The notes beneath the pieces were generated by a model. The model ran no database searches. It was not told the DNA's origin and was given only the letters and a program-made list of their open reading frames with translations. A stretch of 64,000 bases of DNA. Origin: Amoebophrya sp. A120. Its lineage: Eukaryota > Protista > Dinoflagellata. The DNA lies in assembly GCA_905178155.1 (NCBI GenBank), contig CAJINV010000002.1, positions 1,277,809-1,341,808 on the forward strand, given 5' to 3'. Positions 50,409-62,169 of this stretch are shown piece after piece. A program made the translations under genes and the position numbers. How positions within the stretch are numbered: the first letter of the stretch is position 1; every line of letters begins with the position of its first letter.

Positions 50409-51514
50409 GCTTCATCATGCGCTCTCGTCTTCATTCAACAGAGCTACGAAAAACAACACGGCGACGAAGCACAGCACATCTCTTCACTCTGGTTGTCTTC
50501 TACTTCACCTCCGAACACCCTGTCGGTGATGTTGAAGTAGTCGTCGTGTATCTTTCTATCTAGCACAGGGTCATACGTTGAGTGAGCTAAGGTTCTCAAC
50601 TGGAAGATGTTATTACTACTGAAGTAGACTCTGTAGAAGCTGTCTTAGCTCATAAAAAGTCAGAATATCGAAGAAGACGATGACATTTTTTGTTAAAATT
50701 TCGTTGGTTGTCAAACATATGTACAGCATACAGGTACTGCTTTTATTTCGGAAATTGGATGGCAACGGCATCTTCTTGCGCGGTCGCAATCTGGTAGAAG
50801 TAAGCGCTCTACTGCTTTTTTTCCTGCGAATTTAGAAACTGAAACGAAAATACCGGTTGATGGATTCTACAATTGGTAAACATTTAGAAGCGTGTCAGTA
50901 CGACCAGGCAGTCGCAGTGACAACAAGCATACTACATTTTTCTGCAAACATGGTAACGGAATAACGTAAACACGTATGCACTAGCACTATCTCAACAGGA
51001 TTGGATGTGCTGCATGCTGTCCACTTGAAAAAATTCTTCAGTCAGTTTGAATAAACCGCTTCTTTATGTGCAATAATATTATCCGAAACTAATTTCTAAC
51101 ATGAACACTGTAATCTTGTTTTGATGTCATACGATTGAACTAAAAGCGAGCTGCTGTTGCTCTCGTGGTGCTGGCTCTTGTAATGCAGCCTTTGCATTAC
51201 AGATGCAGCTACCTATGCGGTACTAGCGGTATAGAAAGCGTACTTATCATCTTCGGCATTGAATGATCTTATTTCTCTTTAGAGTGAAAGCCTACGGCAT
51301 AGTGCTTCGGTAAAATTATCTCATAGATGGAAAAAGCTACGGCTTTGATTGAAATTATTGAACAATAGATACTCTACTGACCCTGCTAGTACTATGTTGT
51401 TACAGTAGTAGCATTTTGTCTGATGCATTTTTTTCTCGTGGTCCACTGATTGCTATTTCTTCAAAGGAACCAATCCCAACCCGATGGTCCCACGACCACT
51501 TTCTCATTCTGGAT

Positions 51515-54500
51515 TTATTTGTTTCCACCAGAATTCGATGAAACGCCCTTGCTGCTCCCCTGCTTACTACTCCGCCTTGCCTCCAATTCCTTCTGGTAGA
51601 TTTTCATCGCGGTACTGACCGTCGAGTCCGAAAACAGGTCCAGCACCGTCGCAGAGGGGTTCTGCAGTTGCATCTTCTTGAACCGCGTATGAGGGTGCAC
51701 AACTCCCCCTCCCATTCATTTGTCATGCAAAACCCCAAATCCAAGTGCTTCGACTTCCCTGTGCTGGCACTGTTTGCATCACAGATTCTTCCGGAAGCCC
51801 AAACAGTACTTCTACACTAGGTGCATGAATTTGTCATGTACAGGCTCCACGTGTAGTGGAGGTGGTGTTTGTACTTATTGCTGTTCATGCAATACAAATG
51901 AGGAGAGGGGGAGCTGTGCACATTCATACCGCGCCTGCCAGCCCCAGAATTCCTGGATGCAGGACCGTTTTTCCACTAGTTTTTTATGGAAGCGTCAGGT
52001 TTGAAATCGACAAAGTTGAAATGATTTGTCATGCATAAAATGGTTACCAGTTGGAAGACCAATTTCCAAGCGGCGCATGACAAATTTTCGGAGTACGGGA
52101 ATCCAATTTGTCATGCTGTTTGGGCACAGAAGACTGCTTTTGTCATGCTCCTTTAGCAGCTCTATGCCAAACTTTAAATAGGCTCACAATCTGCCTCACT
52201 TGCCATCCCGGCAAGACAGGCACTTCATGCCTTGCACTTTATGCATTACAAACTATTTCAACTCTGACGATTTCAATCCTGACGCTTCCATATTTTTCCA
52301 AGCGGTCGTAAAGCGGTTTCGGGATGGAATTGGAGATGTTCGTTGGTGTTTGCTTGATGTCCGCTGAATCAGCATCGCTTTTCCTGGTTCCCCCATCACC
52401 AGCTTCTGCCATTTCTTCGTCTTTCGGAGAAGAAGATGAAGCAGCTGCACCAACTCCAGCTGTTCCACCGCCGGGGGATCCGACAGGAAGTGGTGGGGGC
52501 GGCGGGGGTAACAAATTGCTATTGTTTCTTGTTCTCACTCCACCGCCATAATTCGTCCCACACCCATTCGCCGGCACATGATTTTGATTACTACTATTGC
52601 AAATCGTTTGCGCCAAGTGGTCCAGCAAATCCACATATGCCCCGGTGCCCTCCTGCTTCAGCCACTTGTGCGTCACGATTTTGGAGTGCAGTCTGCTCCT
52701 CTTCTTCGGTTTCGGTTTGAATTTCAAATCCAAAATGGTTTCGGAGGTGCGAATGCTGGGGGAATCCTCGCTTTCTGGGGTGGAGTAGTTATTGCTCGCT
52801 GGATCTTGATCTTCTTGCTGTGCGTCAGCAATAATCTCCGCATTTACATCGTTATGCATTTCGTAGTCCTCATCCTCCGCCGTTTCTTCCTCGAAGGGCG
52901 AGGAGTTGTTAATATCCTCGGTGTCTTTTTCTTGTTTGCTTCGGCTTCCCTCGAACGCAGGTTCTACTTGTTCATGTGCGGGGTCGCTACTAGCAGCTGC
53001 GCCTGCAGCTGACGCACCACCCAAAGAACCCGACCCTGGGTTCTTGTCGTTTTCCGTTGCAGTGGTCTTCCCCTGTTCCTCTTGCACGACGAGGTCCTTC
53101 CTCATATTCTCCGCGGTTAACGGCGGGATCGGCGGTCCGGGAGAGCCTGCTTTTCTACTCCCGCTAGCTGTTGTGTCCTCTTGCTTGATGACAGAGGTGG
53201 AACAGTCGCCGCCAGTTGCTGAATTGTAGTTCTCGTGATGCAGTGCGTGACTCGCTTTGAAGTAAAAGTCCTCCTCCTGTTCTTCATTCAGCTCCGAGGG
53301 TTTTTCTTGTTCCGGCTCCTCAGAAGCAGCAGCCTGCTCGTTCTCGATCTCGCCATGGTCGATAATGAACTCATCGGGATCGCCGGGGTCTGTCTTTACC
53401 TCGTCCTCCTCATCCGACAATGCTGCAACTTCTCGGTCGGTTTTGTTGTCGCTTTCCTCCTCCTCCCCCTCCTCGTTGTAGAACATTCTAATGTTGTTCG
53501 CCCCGCACCGAACTGCGACCTTCTGGTCTACGTCGTCAAAGTCTTCGGCGTCGTTCGGATTTGTACCTGCCAAGCCCTTCAACGACATAGTGTTGTTGAA
53601 ATTCAAACCCTGGGTCGAATTAAACATCGGGTTGGGGGAAGAATCGAAATTATCGTCTCCGAAATCGAAATCATCCGGGTTAAAATTGATGTCGGGTGCA
53701 CCTGCTGCACCAGAATTATCGCCGTTTATGCAGCTCTCGGGATGATTCTTCTCCATAAATTCCGCCATCATCTCCTCATCGCTATTGGGAGAGATGGATT
53801 TGTTGTCACTATCATGCTCTTCCGCATCACAAACTTTGTGATCCCCACGACTCATCATGATCTCCTCGTTTGTCCGCAGCAACTGTCTCGTCTGCTTCTG
53901 CAACTTCTTCAGAAATTCCCCCTTGGTCGTTTCGTCCTCCAAATCCTCGCCGAATTTGATGATTTTCTCGTTGTCTTGCTGCTCCATATGAAGTGCAAAA
54001 GTATCGCAGCACTCGTATAAACGCATTACAAATTTTCTCAGCATGAGAAATAAAATTTCTCATGCGGATGTACCTTAGGAAGAAGATTTGTCATGCATAT
54101 TTGCAATTACTACGAGTACGATGCTTTTGCATTCATTGCATATTCCAACAGTTGCTGCAATTTCAGCGGGTCATCGCCGGTCAAGGGTTTGAACAACGGG
54201 TGGGTTCTTTGCTGCGGGACCGTGATGAGTGTATTGTCGACCTGTTCAAGTAGCGGGATCAGGTCCTCCACGATTTCCTTTCCGTCTAATGGAGGTGCTG
54301 CGCCGTCTAGTACTTCTACTTCATCAGAAGCTGCTGCGTTGTTGTTGACCACGGGTGCTGCTGCTGCTGGTGCAGCTCCTTCTTCTTGTAGCTCTGGCTC
54401 CTCGACGTCCCCACCGCTCGGAGGTGTTGACTTCGCGTTTTTACTCCTCGAATTCTTCCTCGGCGACCAAGGGTCGGGGTTGTTATCGTCGTCGTCTTCC

Positions 54501-57500
54501 TCTTCGGACGATTTTTGCTTTTTGTCAACATCCCCATCCTCGGGCGAAGGGTGCTCATCTGGGATTTTGTCAACATCATCTCCTGCCCAATCTTCCGGTC
54601 GTGGATTCTTGTCACCGTCCTGATCAACCCACTGCTTCAATTCATCCAGTTCTGAGCCCACCGCAGAATCCACCGTGTTCTCGGCGAAACTGGTTAGGGT
54701 GTTGTTGTTTTCCAAATCTTCATCATCCGACGCGGAAGTTGGTTGCTTGACGTTGAGATTCCGCTCTTCTTCCATCACCGCGTTATTCTCGTCACACGGA
54801 GAACCGAAATCATCGTCGTGGTCTTCGTCGTCCTGATAAATTAAAATTGTCGAAGATTTTTTATGGTGTTCTTGTATTTTCCACATGACAGATCGGACTC
54901 CTACGTCAGGCATGACAAGATACTAGTCTTCAGGAAAGCAACGAATTCTATTCAGCTAAAGTACCCTTTCCAGCAGCCCAAATGCGTGATCCTTCGAGGA
55001 TGCATTCTCATCCCCGGTTGAGCCAGTCTCCTTTATTTCCCCATGATCGGCTTCCTCGGTTTCCTCCTTCGGCTCCAGAAAATCTTCGATGTTCAAGTCC
55101 TGGTCCATATCGTCAATCACCAAATCCTCCCCGACTTCCGTAACGTTCGGCGACCCGCAGTCTTCAAATTTGTCGCTATCCTCCTCTTCCAGCAAATCCG
55201 CGAGCTGCATCCGTTGCTGCCCCGCGCACCTTTCCAGGCACTTATGCTGCTTTAGCAGTTGGATCAACTCCTCGCACACGTTGGAAAGTGTGTGAATGTG
55301 CACAACTCTCCCTCCCCCTCATCTGTCATGCAAAATGCAGAATCGAGGCTGTGCCGCTTAGCACTGTTTGCATGACAAGTTCTGGCAGCCCAAATGGCAC
55401 GGCAACAATCCTGTGCAAACTTGTCATGCAAAACATGTATTCTCGCTGGCGCTTGTATTGCCGTTCATGCTATACAAATGAGGGGGCGGGGCAGATATGC
55501 ACTGTCATAAAATTCCTGGTCGTTGTAGATCACTTCGTTAAACTCCACGTAGTCCTCGATCGCCTTTTCGAACACCTCTGGTAAAATCTGCCGCTGCAAT
55601 TCGTAGCTCCCATAGGTCGTCAACAGTTTGAACAGCTGTGTCAAATAGTTGTGCGCGGTTTGGTTCCGCTTCGTCGTTTGGTGGTACCACAGCCGCTATC
55701 AAATGCAAAAGCATCGTACTCGTATAAATGCATTACAAACCTCCTCCGCATGAGAAATAAAATTTGAAATGCGGACTTACTTTGACAAAGGAATTTGTAA
55801 TGCAGGATTGCAATTACTACGAGTACGATACTTTTGCACAGGATAGCCGCCATCGCTGCCAAATTTCGATCGGAATTCTCTCCAGAATGTTCGGCTCTCG
55901 CCGCAAAGGTTTTGATGTTGCAGGTGCTCCAGTTACCGGATCGATTTCAGCGGTGCTGTTTGTGTTCGTCGTTGTCCCGCCTCCGAGAAGACTATCCGCA
56001 CTGTGATGCACCCCTTCTTGCAACAACGAGCTCTCCCTCTCCCTCCTCATCCGTTCATGTTCCATTAAACTTATCCCCGGCGGTGGTGGCGTCCCCGGAC
56101 TGTTGAAAGCGGAATGTAACCGCTGCTCTTCCTGTTCCTCTTCCAAAATGATCTTCGCCGTGCTGGCGATCAATCGCAGCATCGAAGTGACGTAGGAACC
56201 TAGTCTCACGGTAGGTTTCTCGTTGTCCGATTTATTGGAAGAGCTGTAGCCGGTCTTCTGGGACGAACTGGTGGACGATTTGGAAGACGATTTGGAGCTG
56301 GAGGTCGAATTTGAATTGCTGTTGGAGTTCAGGTTCAAAACGCAGTTTTTCTCGTCGTTGTTTCCTGGGATTGAGTCCTGCGATGCAGTCGGTTTCATCC
56401 CCGATAACCGGAACTCACAGGTCGGATCTGACGGTTCAATTGTCACAGGCTGTACAACTTCTGCAGAGGACGACACAGATGATACTCCTATCGGCGGTAA
56501 CTGAATAGCCCCGACCTGCACGGCGGTCGAATTCACCGAGGTTAATGTTGGCGACCCGCCCAACAAACCAGAAACGTCTGGAATGATCGGGCTCGCGGGG
56601 TAAAATGCGTTGAACTTTTCAAAGCTCCTATCTGGTTGCTTGTAAATCCACTTGTGCAGCAACTCTTCAAAGCAGTACTTTTTCGCGAAACTGCTGTCCA
56701 TCTGGAGTAAAATCTCAATACACCGCAACGCGTCCCAGCAGTAGTCTTTGTTCTCGTTGGAAACGCAGCAGGAGAGGAACGTGAACAGGTCCGCTTGGGT
56801 ATCCTGAGCAAAAACGTCCCCACCCCAGAGTTGTCATGCAAATGGGCAATGACAGGAACATGTGTAATGCGCAGCGGCATGAGAGGCATTACCAACCGCG
56901 TTTTGGAATTTGTAATGCTGTAAACAGGATGAGAAAGTGGCTTTCTCATGCGGTTCCCTTGACAACCAGCACGACACTACAGAGGGAAACTTGTCATGCA
57001 CAGCTTCCAAAAGTTGGAGATTTGTGCTGCTAGATTCCCAACTTTACTATGGGGTGGGGACGTTTTTGCTTAGGATATTGGGCAACTAAAGTCTGGATGA
57101 AGGTCAACACGCAGGACTCCCGGGATTTCGGCATTTTTTCCAAATTATGAACTGCAAAAGTATCGTACTGGTACTCGTACTACTTAATTGCAAATACGCA
57201 TGACAAATCTTCCTGCTAACGTAAAACAGCATTACAAATTCGATCTTTCTTCTTGCCAAAAACAAAATTTGTAATGCAATTCATACTAGTACGTTACTTT
57301 TGCAATGCATACAAATGCTCTAGGACTCGGAGGAGAAAGGTCATGAAGTGGGGGATGTATCCAGTGCAAAAGTATCGTACTCGTATAAATGCATTACAAA
57401 TTTCCTCAGCATGACGAAGAAAATTTGTAATGCGGATTTGCCTCAAGAAAAAGATTTTTAATGCATGCCTGCAATACGAGTACGATACTCTTGCACAGGA

Positions 57501-60500
57501 TAGGATCACGTCATCCTCCAAATACCGTTTGTTGTCGATGGGGGAGGATTATCAAATGTAAAAATCCCTGGATGTCTGGAAACTTGTGATGCTGAGTGGC
57601 GTAGCATGAGGAGGCCACAAGTGCTGGCTCAGCATGACAAATTTCTGAGCTTGTAGGTGTTGCCTATTCTGTATGACAAACTGCGTCTCCGCATGACAGA
57701 GAAAAGCGTCTCTTGGGCAATGTGCATGACAGATTTAAGAGCCATGCCAGACAAGCATGACAAACATGCATTCTTCCAGACCCAGACATTTTTACATTTG
57801 ATAAGGATAATGTCGCTGGGTTTTCTTGCTCACGACCCTCAACGAGGGTGACTGTGGAAGACGCGATGTTATTGCAGCTTTGAACAATCCCATGCTGCAG
57901 ATTCACGTCGTCCATGACGGATTCACTGCAAGAATTGCCGTTCAAGAAAATTCCGCTGCTTGTCCGGTTATTCTTCTCGCATTCCACGACGAAATCGTGG
58001 AGGTACTCCTGGAGCCAAAATCTGCAGCTGTTTTGCAAAAAAGCCAGATCCAAATCCCCAGTCACGTTCTTCACCGGTCCGGGCGAGAACGTTGTGTTGG
58101 GCCCGAGGTCAATATGGATTGCAAATATGTCTGGGTCTGGAAGAGTGCAAGTTTGTCATGCTTGTCTGGCATGACTCGAGAATCTGTCATGCACGTTATC
58201 CAAGAGCTCCATTTTTCTGTGATGCAGAAACGCAGTCTGCCATGCAGAATAGGCAACACCTAGAAGCTCAGAAACTTGTCATGCTAAGCCAGCACTTGCG
58301 GCCTCATCATGAGACGCCACCCAGCATCACGAGTTTCCAGACCCAGACATTTTTACATTTGATAGTAAAGAATGATGAGCAAATCTGCGACGCCGCGCTC
58401 TGGGATGAGCATGCCTAGCCATCGGAGAAACTGGGCGTTGCGCTCCAAAAAGATTTCTGATCAAGTTTTGATTTTTCTTTTTGTCATGCAGTTCATGCAA
58501 TAAAGGCGAAACTGTCCGACCAAAAGGTTGCATAACGACAAGTCGTGCAGAGACAATCTTTCTATCACCACCATCAAGCCTCAGACAGAAAGACACCTGT
58601 AAGTCCTCTAAGTACCTCTGTATCGCTTGATTCCTCCGTTCGTGACGCAATAACTAATGACCCCCGTTACGTGTGCGGAGCTGGCGTGTCTCGCTGTGTA
58701 CAGGGCGTACATGAGTAAAGACACCAACTGCTCCCGCTTCTCCGCTGGCAAATGGTTCATGACCTCCTGCGCCGCCAATTGGCACCGGCAAATCACGGAC
58801 TCCTGTTCCGGGGATCGCGCGATGATGTGTTGCTGCTCGGAAAGAATCGGAGACGCGGGTTTGTTCGCAAGAAGGGCCTTGTTCTCGGCATCATCTGCAG
58901 TAGTTGTTGCACCATCTTGCCCATCCGCGGCTGCTTTAGTTCCTTCTGTATCGCCTTCCTCGTCCGATTTTGTGCTGTCACTCGCACCGTCCACCGCATC
59001 ATCTCCACCTAACGCGGGTGGGGCTCCTGTCAACTTATTCTTCTTCGCAGAAGAAACCAAGTGCAGTGTAATATCCTCGTTGTCCAAAGCCGTGTCCTCC
59101 GGAAACGTCAAGTGTCGCACCAAATACATCATGGGCGAATCCCCAGTTCTGAATTGTTTGCTCGGATCTTGGTCCACGGGTGATGTCGCACTGTTCATCA
59201 TGGACGGTAGTTGTGGCGGCTCGTTATTACCACCAAACGATCTCGACCCGCCGAACATCGAAGAGAAGAAGGAGCTTGTGTTCGACCCGAAGCCAAAATG
59301 GTCGCTCATACTCGGCATAGACGGCGTCGGGAACCTGCTATTCATCGAATTCGCCGCGGAATTTATCCTCTGTTGGTTCAAACTGTTCGAAGCGTGATTC
59401 GACAGCGCGCGGACGATGTCCTGCGCCCGTTCCTGGTTGGTCCGGGTGGAATCTGGCTTCACCTCTTGGGAACGGAGCGCTTCTAGGAGCGAGCGCCACA
59501 TGTAGAAGTACATGTGGCCTCGGTCGTAGTACTTCCCGTATTTTTCAAACATCTGTTCGTCTTTAAGTTGCTTCATCTTCTCCTCATGCTCGAATTGTTC
59601 CTGTTCCTCGGTCTTTTTCGTCAAAAGTTTCTGCTGCTGCTGTTCGTGATGTTCCCTGGAGCTGTGCCGGTTGACAGCGGCAGAAGAAGTGGAACAGGTC
59701 GCTGCAGCAACTACGCTATTTGTCATGCTGTTTTGCACCCCACGGATCCGGTTTTGAATCATTCTCTTGATGTCTTGTGCTGCTTCCGCAGAAGTTGCGG
59801 GGATTAGGCTGCTGGACATCAAGTTGCGGCTTCGCGGCATCTGGATGCGGGAAGAAGTATTGTTCCCAGGAATGACATCAACTGGATCCGCTTGCTCGAC
59901 TTCGTCATTATCTTCGACCTGGTGATGCAGTTCATGTCCCCCAAGAATCTCGTCATCATGTTCCTCTCGCATGCTTCTGGTTCGCATCGGGTGCGAGGGG
60001 TAGTCATGGTCCTCCGCTTGTTCGTGAAGTCGTCTTCGTAGATCATCATCGTCGTGGTCAAAATCGTCAAAACGTTCGTGTTCCTCCACCTCATCCCGGT
60101 CAACCAATTCCTGCAGCAACTTCGTCCGCAGCTCCTGGTCGTCCTGCAACTCCTGTTGTTCCTGCTTCTCTTGCATCAAGTGTAAAAATGTCTGGGTCTG
60201 GAATATTGCAACTTGTCATGCTGTTTTTGGACTCTAAAAAGATTATGATTGCATGACCAGCAAGAGGAGTCGAGTTTGTGCTACGCGGGGAGGGCATTTG
60301 TCATGCGGAGTAGGCATCAGGAAGCCCTCTAAAAATCTGCGATGCTAGGTCGTGCATTACAGACATCCAGGGTCATGGAAAACCTGCATCACAAATCTCG
60401 CAATCTTCCAGACCCAGACATTTTTGCATTTGATGTCTTGCATCATTTTCTGAAACTGCATCTTTTGCAACAGAAACGCCTTGCGGTGATCCTCATCCTT

Positions 60501-61886
60501 GTCCTCGTCGCTGTCGTGCTCGTGATTTATGCTTTGGAAGTTGTTTTGATGCATGACCACATTCTGGTCCTCCTCGTCCACAATCCCGTCGTGAACACTC
60601 GACTGGATCTTCAACTGCCTCTTTGTTCTCACGGAGGACGAGAGTGGAGGTAGGAAAGCAGAACTACTGCTCCCGAGATTTGGAGCTGCTGGTGGACCAG
60701 AAGGACCTTGGGACTCATCTTGGTCAACATCTTCCTCACCACCGGAAAGTAGACCTTGATGTGATGGAACAAATCCGGTTGTTGTTGTACTAGATGAAGA
60801 AGCTGTTCCTAGTGCAGCATTTCCTCCATTCAAATCGAACTCCGGTAGATCCTCGTCATCCGCGATTTCGTTCGCGATAATTCCCGGCGGTGGTTGGATG
60901 AACGGGTTAATTGGCAGCGTGTCAATCCCGTTCTGTTGCGAGCCGTCGCCGTGACTGCCATCGTCCTTCATAGCGGTTGGCATCAGAAACGCCCAGGAAT
61001 TGTCACTTGTTCCGGTCGTGGTATTGTTCAGTCCTCCCGGGAGTGTTCCACCGCCCAAATTCTTCGACAAAGCACCACCTAATCCGCCTAAGCTGGTTAA
61101 GAAACTCGGGATTGGGGGCGGGACCGGAGGGGCGGAGGGGTATTGCCGCTGTTGCTGGTGGGAAAATTGTTGCAGCTGCTCTGGGTTAAGAGTATTCGCC
61201 GTGGACAAATTCGGGGGCATTTCTGGCGGGTCGAAAGCGGGTGGTTGGTGGTTGTGCAAATTTTGCCCGGAAGTAGATGGCACAGCATCATTTGCAGCAG
61301 TGGTTGTTCCTGAAGTGGTCACCGTGTCCTCCTCAAAAATCTTCACATAGTCGGTAACACTCTCCTCCGGTTTAGTTGGCAACGGAATCAGTTCCTGCTG
61401 CTGTTCCTTTTGTTCCCGTTCGAACGCCAGATTGTCCGCGATCTGAAGCTGTAGCGCCGGGGTGAGCGCCACTTCGATAGGATCCTGCTCAACATCTTTG
61501 GAGGGTACAGTCGTATTTTCGACTGCTGTACCTGAGGAAGACGAGGAAGATGTAGTGGCACCTGCCGCTGCACCTTGCGAGTCCGATTCTCCATCGACGC
61601 CAATGGGTATCTTTGCAGTGCCATCGCCAGTTCTTGGAGAAGAAGATGAAGAGGAAGATGAGCTACCAGTCAGCTGCTGGGCAGTTGTGCTGGCACTTTG
61701 TTCCCCCGACGATGGGGACGTCGGTTTCGTTTGTTCTCCAGCGGCACCTTCAGCTATCTGCCCTTGCGTTTTCGCGCTTGTCTCCTGGTCTTTGTCATGC
61801 GGCTTCGCAATACTGTCTGCGGGGATCTCCTGGCCGAATTCATCGACGGACTGGGCCCCGCGGCCGCGGGGAGGAGACTGGGGCAT
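51515..61886 (-). CDS. Large acidic low-complexity protein, ~2,517 aa, 14 exons; function unknown
   Basis: 11 TIR introns and 2 GT-AG introns rejoin all ORF fragments from MPQSPPRG... to ...SNSGGNK*. Confidence 0.82.
51688..51928. mobile_element. TIR introner D (241 bp)
   Basis: DR CCGCG/CCGCG. Confidence 0.95.
51985..52292. mobile_element. TIR introner E (308 bp)
   Basis: TATGGAAGCGTCAGG...CCTGACGCTTCCATA; DR TTTTT/TTTTT. Confidence 0.95.
53987..54142. mobile_element. TIR introner B (156 bp)
   Basis: DR CTCCA/TTCCA. Confidence 0.9.
54833..54964 (-). other. GT-AG intron without TIRs (132 bp)
   Basis: GTACTT...TTTTAATTTATCAG; LLER|DDED in frame; contains CATGACA twice. Confidence 0.7.
55291..55509. 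mobile_element. TIR introner D (219 bp), left end mutated to TGT
   Basis: DR decayed: AAGTG/AAATT. Confidence 0.85.
55697..55845. mobile_element. TIR introner B (149 bp)
   Basis: DR GCCGC/GCCGC. Confidence 0.95.
56800..57077. mobile_element. TIR introner C (278 bp)
   Basis: DR TTGGG/TTGGG. Confidence 0.95.
57146..57311. mobile_element. TIR introner B (166 bp)
   Basis: DR CAAAT/CAAAT. Confidence 0.95.
57358..57502. mobile_element. TIR introner B (145 bp)
   Basis: DR GGATG/GGATC. Confidence 0.92.
57550..57803. mobile_element. TIR introner A (254 bp)
   Basis: DR AGGAT/AGGAT. Confidence 0.93.
58113..58364. mobile_element. TIR introner A (252 bp), inverted relative of 57550-57803
   Basis: DR GTCAA/GTAAA. 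Confidence 0.93.
58415..58615 (-). other. GT-AG intron without TIRs (201 bp)
   Basis: GTACTT...GGCTAG; KRYR|GMLIPE in frame; contains TTGTCATGC. Confidence 0.75.
60174..60435. mobile_element. TIR introner A (262 bp) with CAT...ATG termini
   Basis: CATCAAGTGTAAAAATG...CATTTTTGCATTTGATG; DR TCTTG/TCTTG. Confidence 0.95.
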
Positions 61887-62169
61887 TTTTTCTAGTCAAA
61901 AATGTCGATCCGAAACCTATATTTCTTGCACCAGTGCCTACAATTATGTTGTAAAAGAGCTATTTGGTACAAGAGCTAGAGCTCCAAATCTTGCTACAAT
62001 GCCCTGCCGCCTCTTTTGGAGGCATGATTGCATCCCGAGAGAGACAACCAAACTCTCATCCTGCTCGTAGCCGACTACTCTACAGAGGACATGCATTTTC
62101 CCAGGTGTTAACCGGATCGACGAGGATGTTCCGCCAGTGCACGAATAAATATTTTTGAGCCTGCCTGGA

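Noticed and set aside
414-60435. Recurrent ORF-track peptides such as KMSGSGR, CKNVWVWK, FQTQTFL, LPDPDIF and CAKVSYS
   Set aside because: They are translations of the element TIRs in different frames, not a protein domain.
51515-61886. Assignment of the large acidic protein to the SAPS/PP6-regulatory family
   Set aside because: Only a vague resemblance (helical core, HNYL motif, acidic tail); an HMM search is needed.
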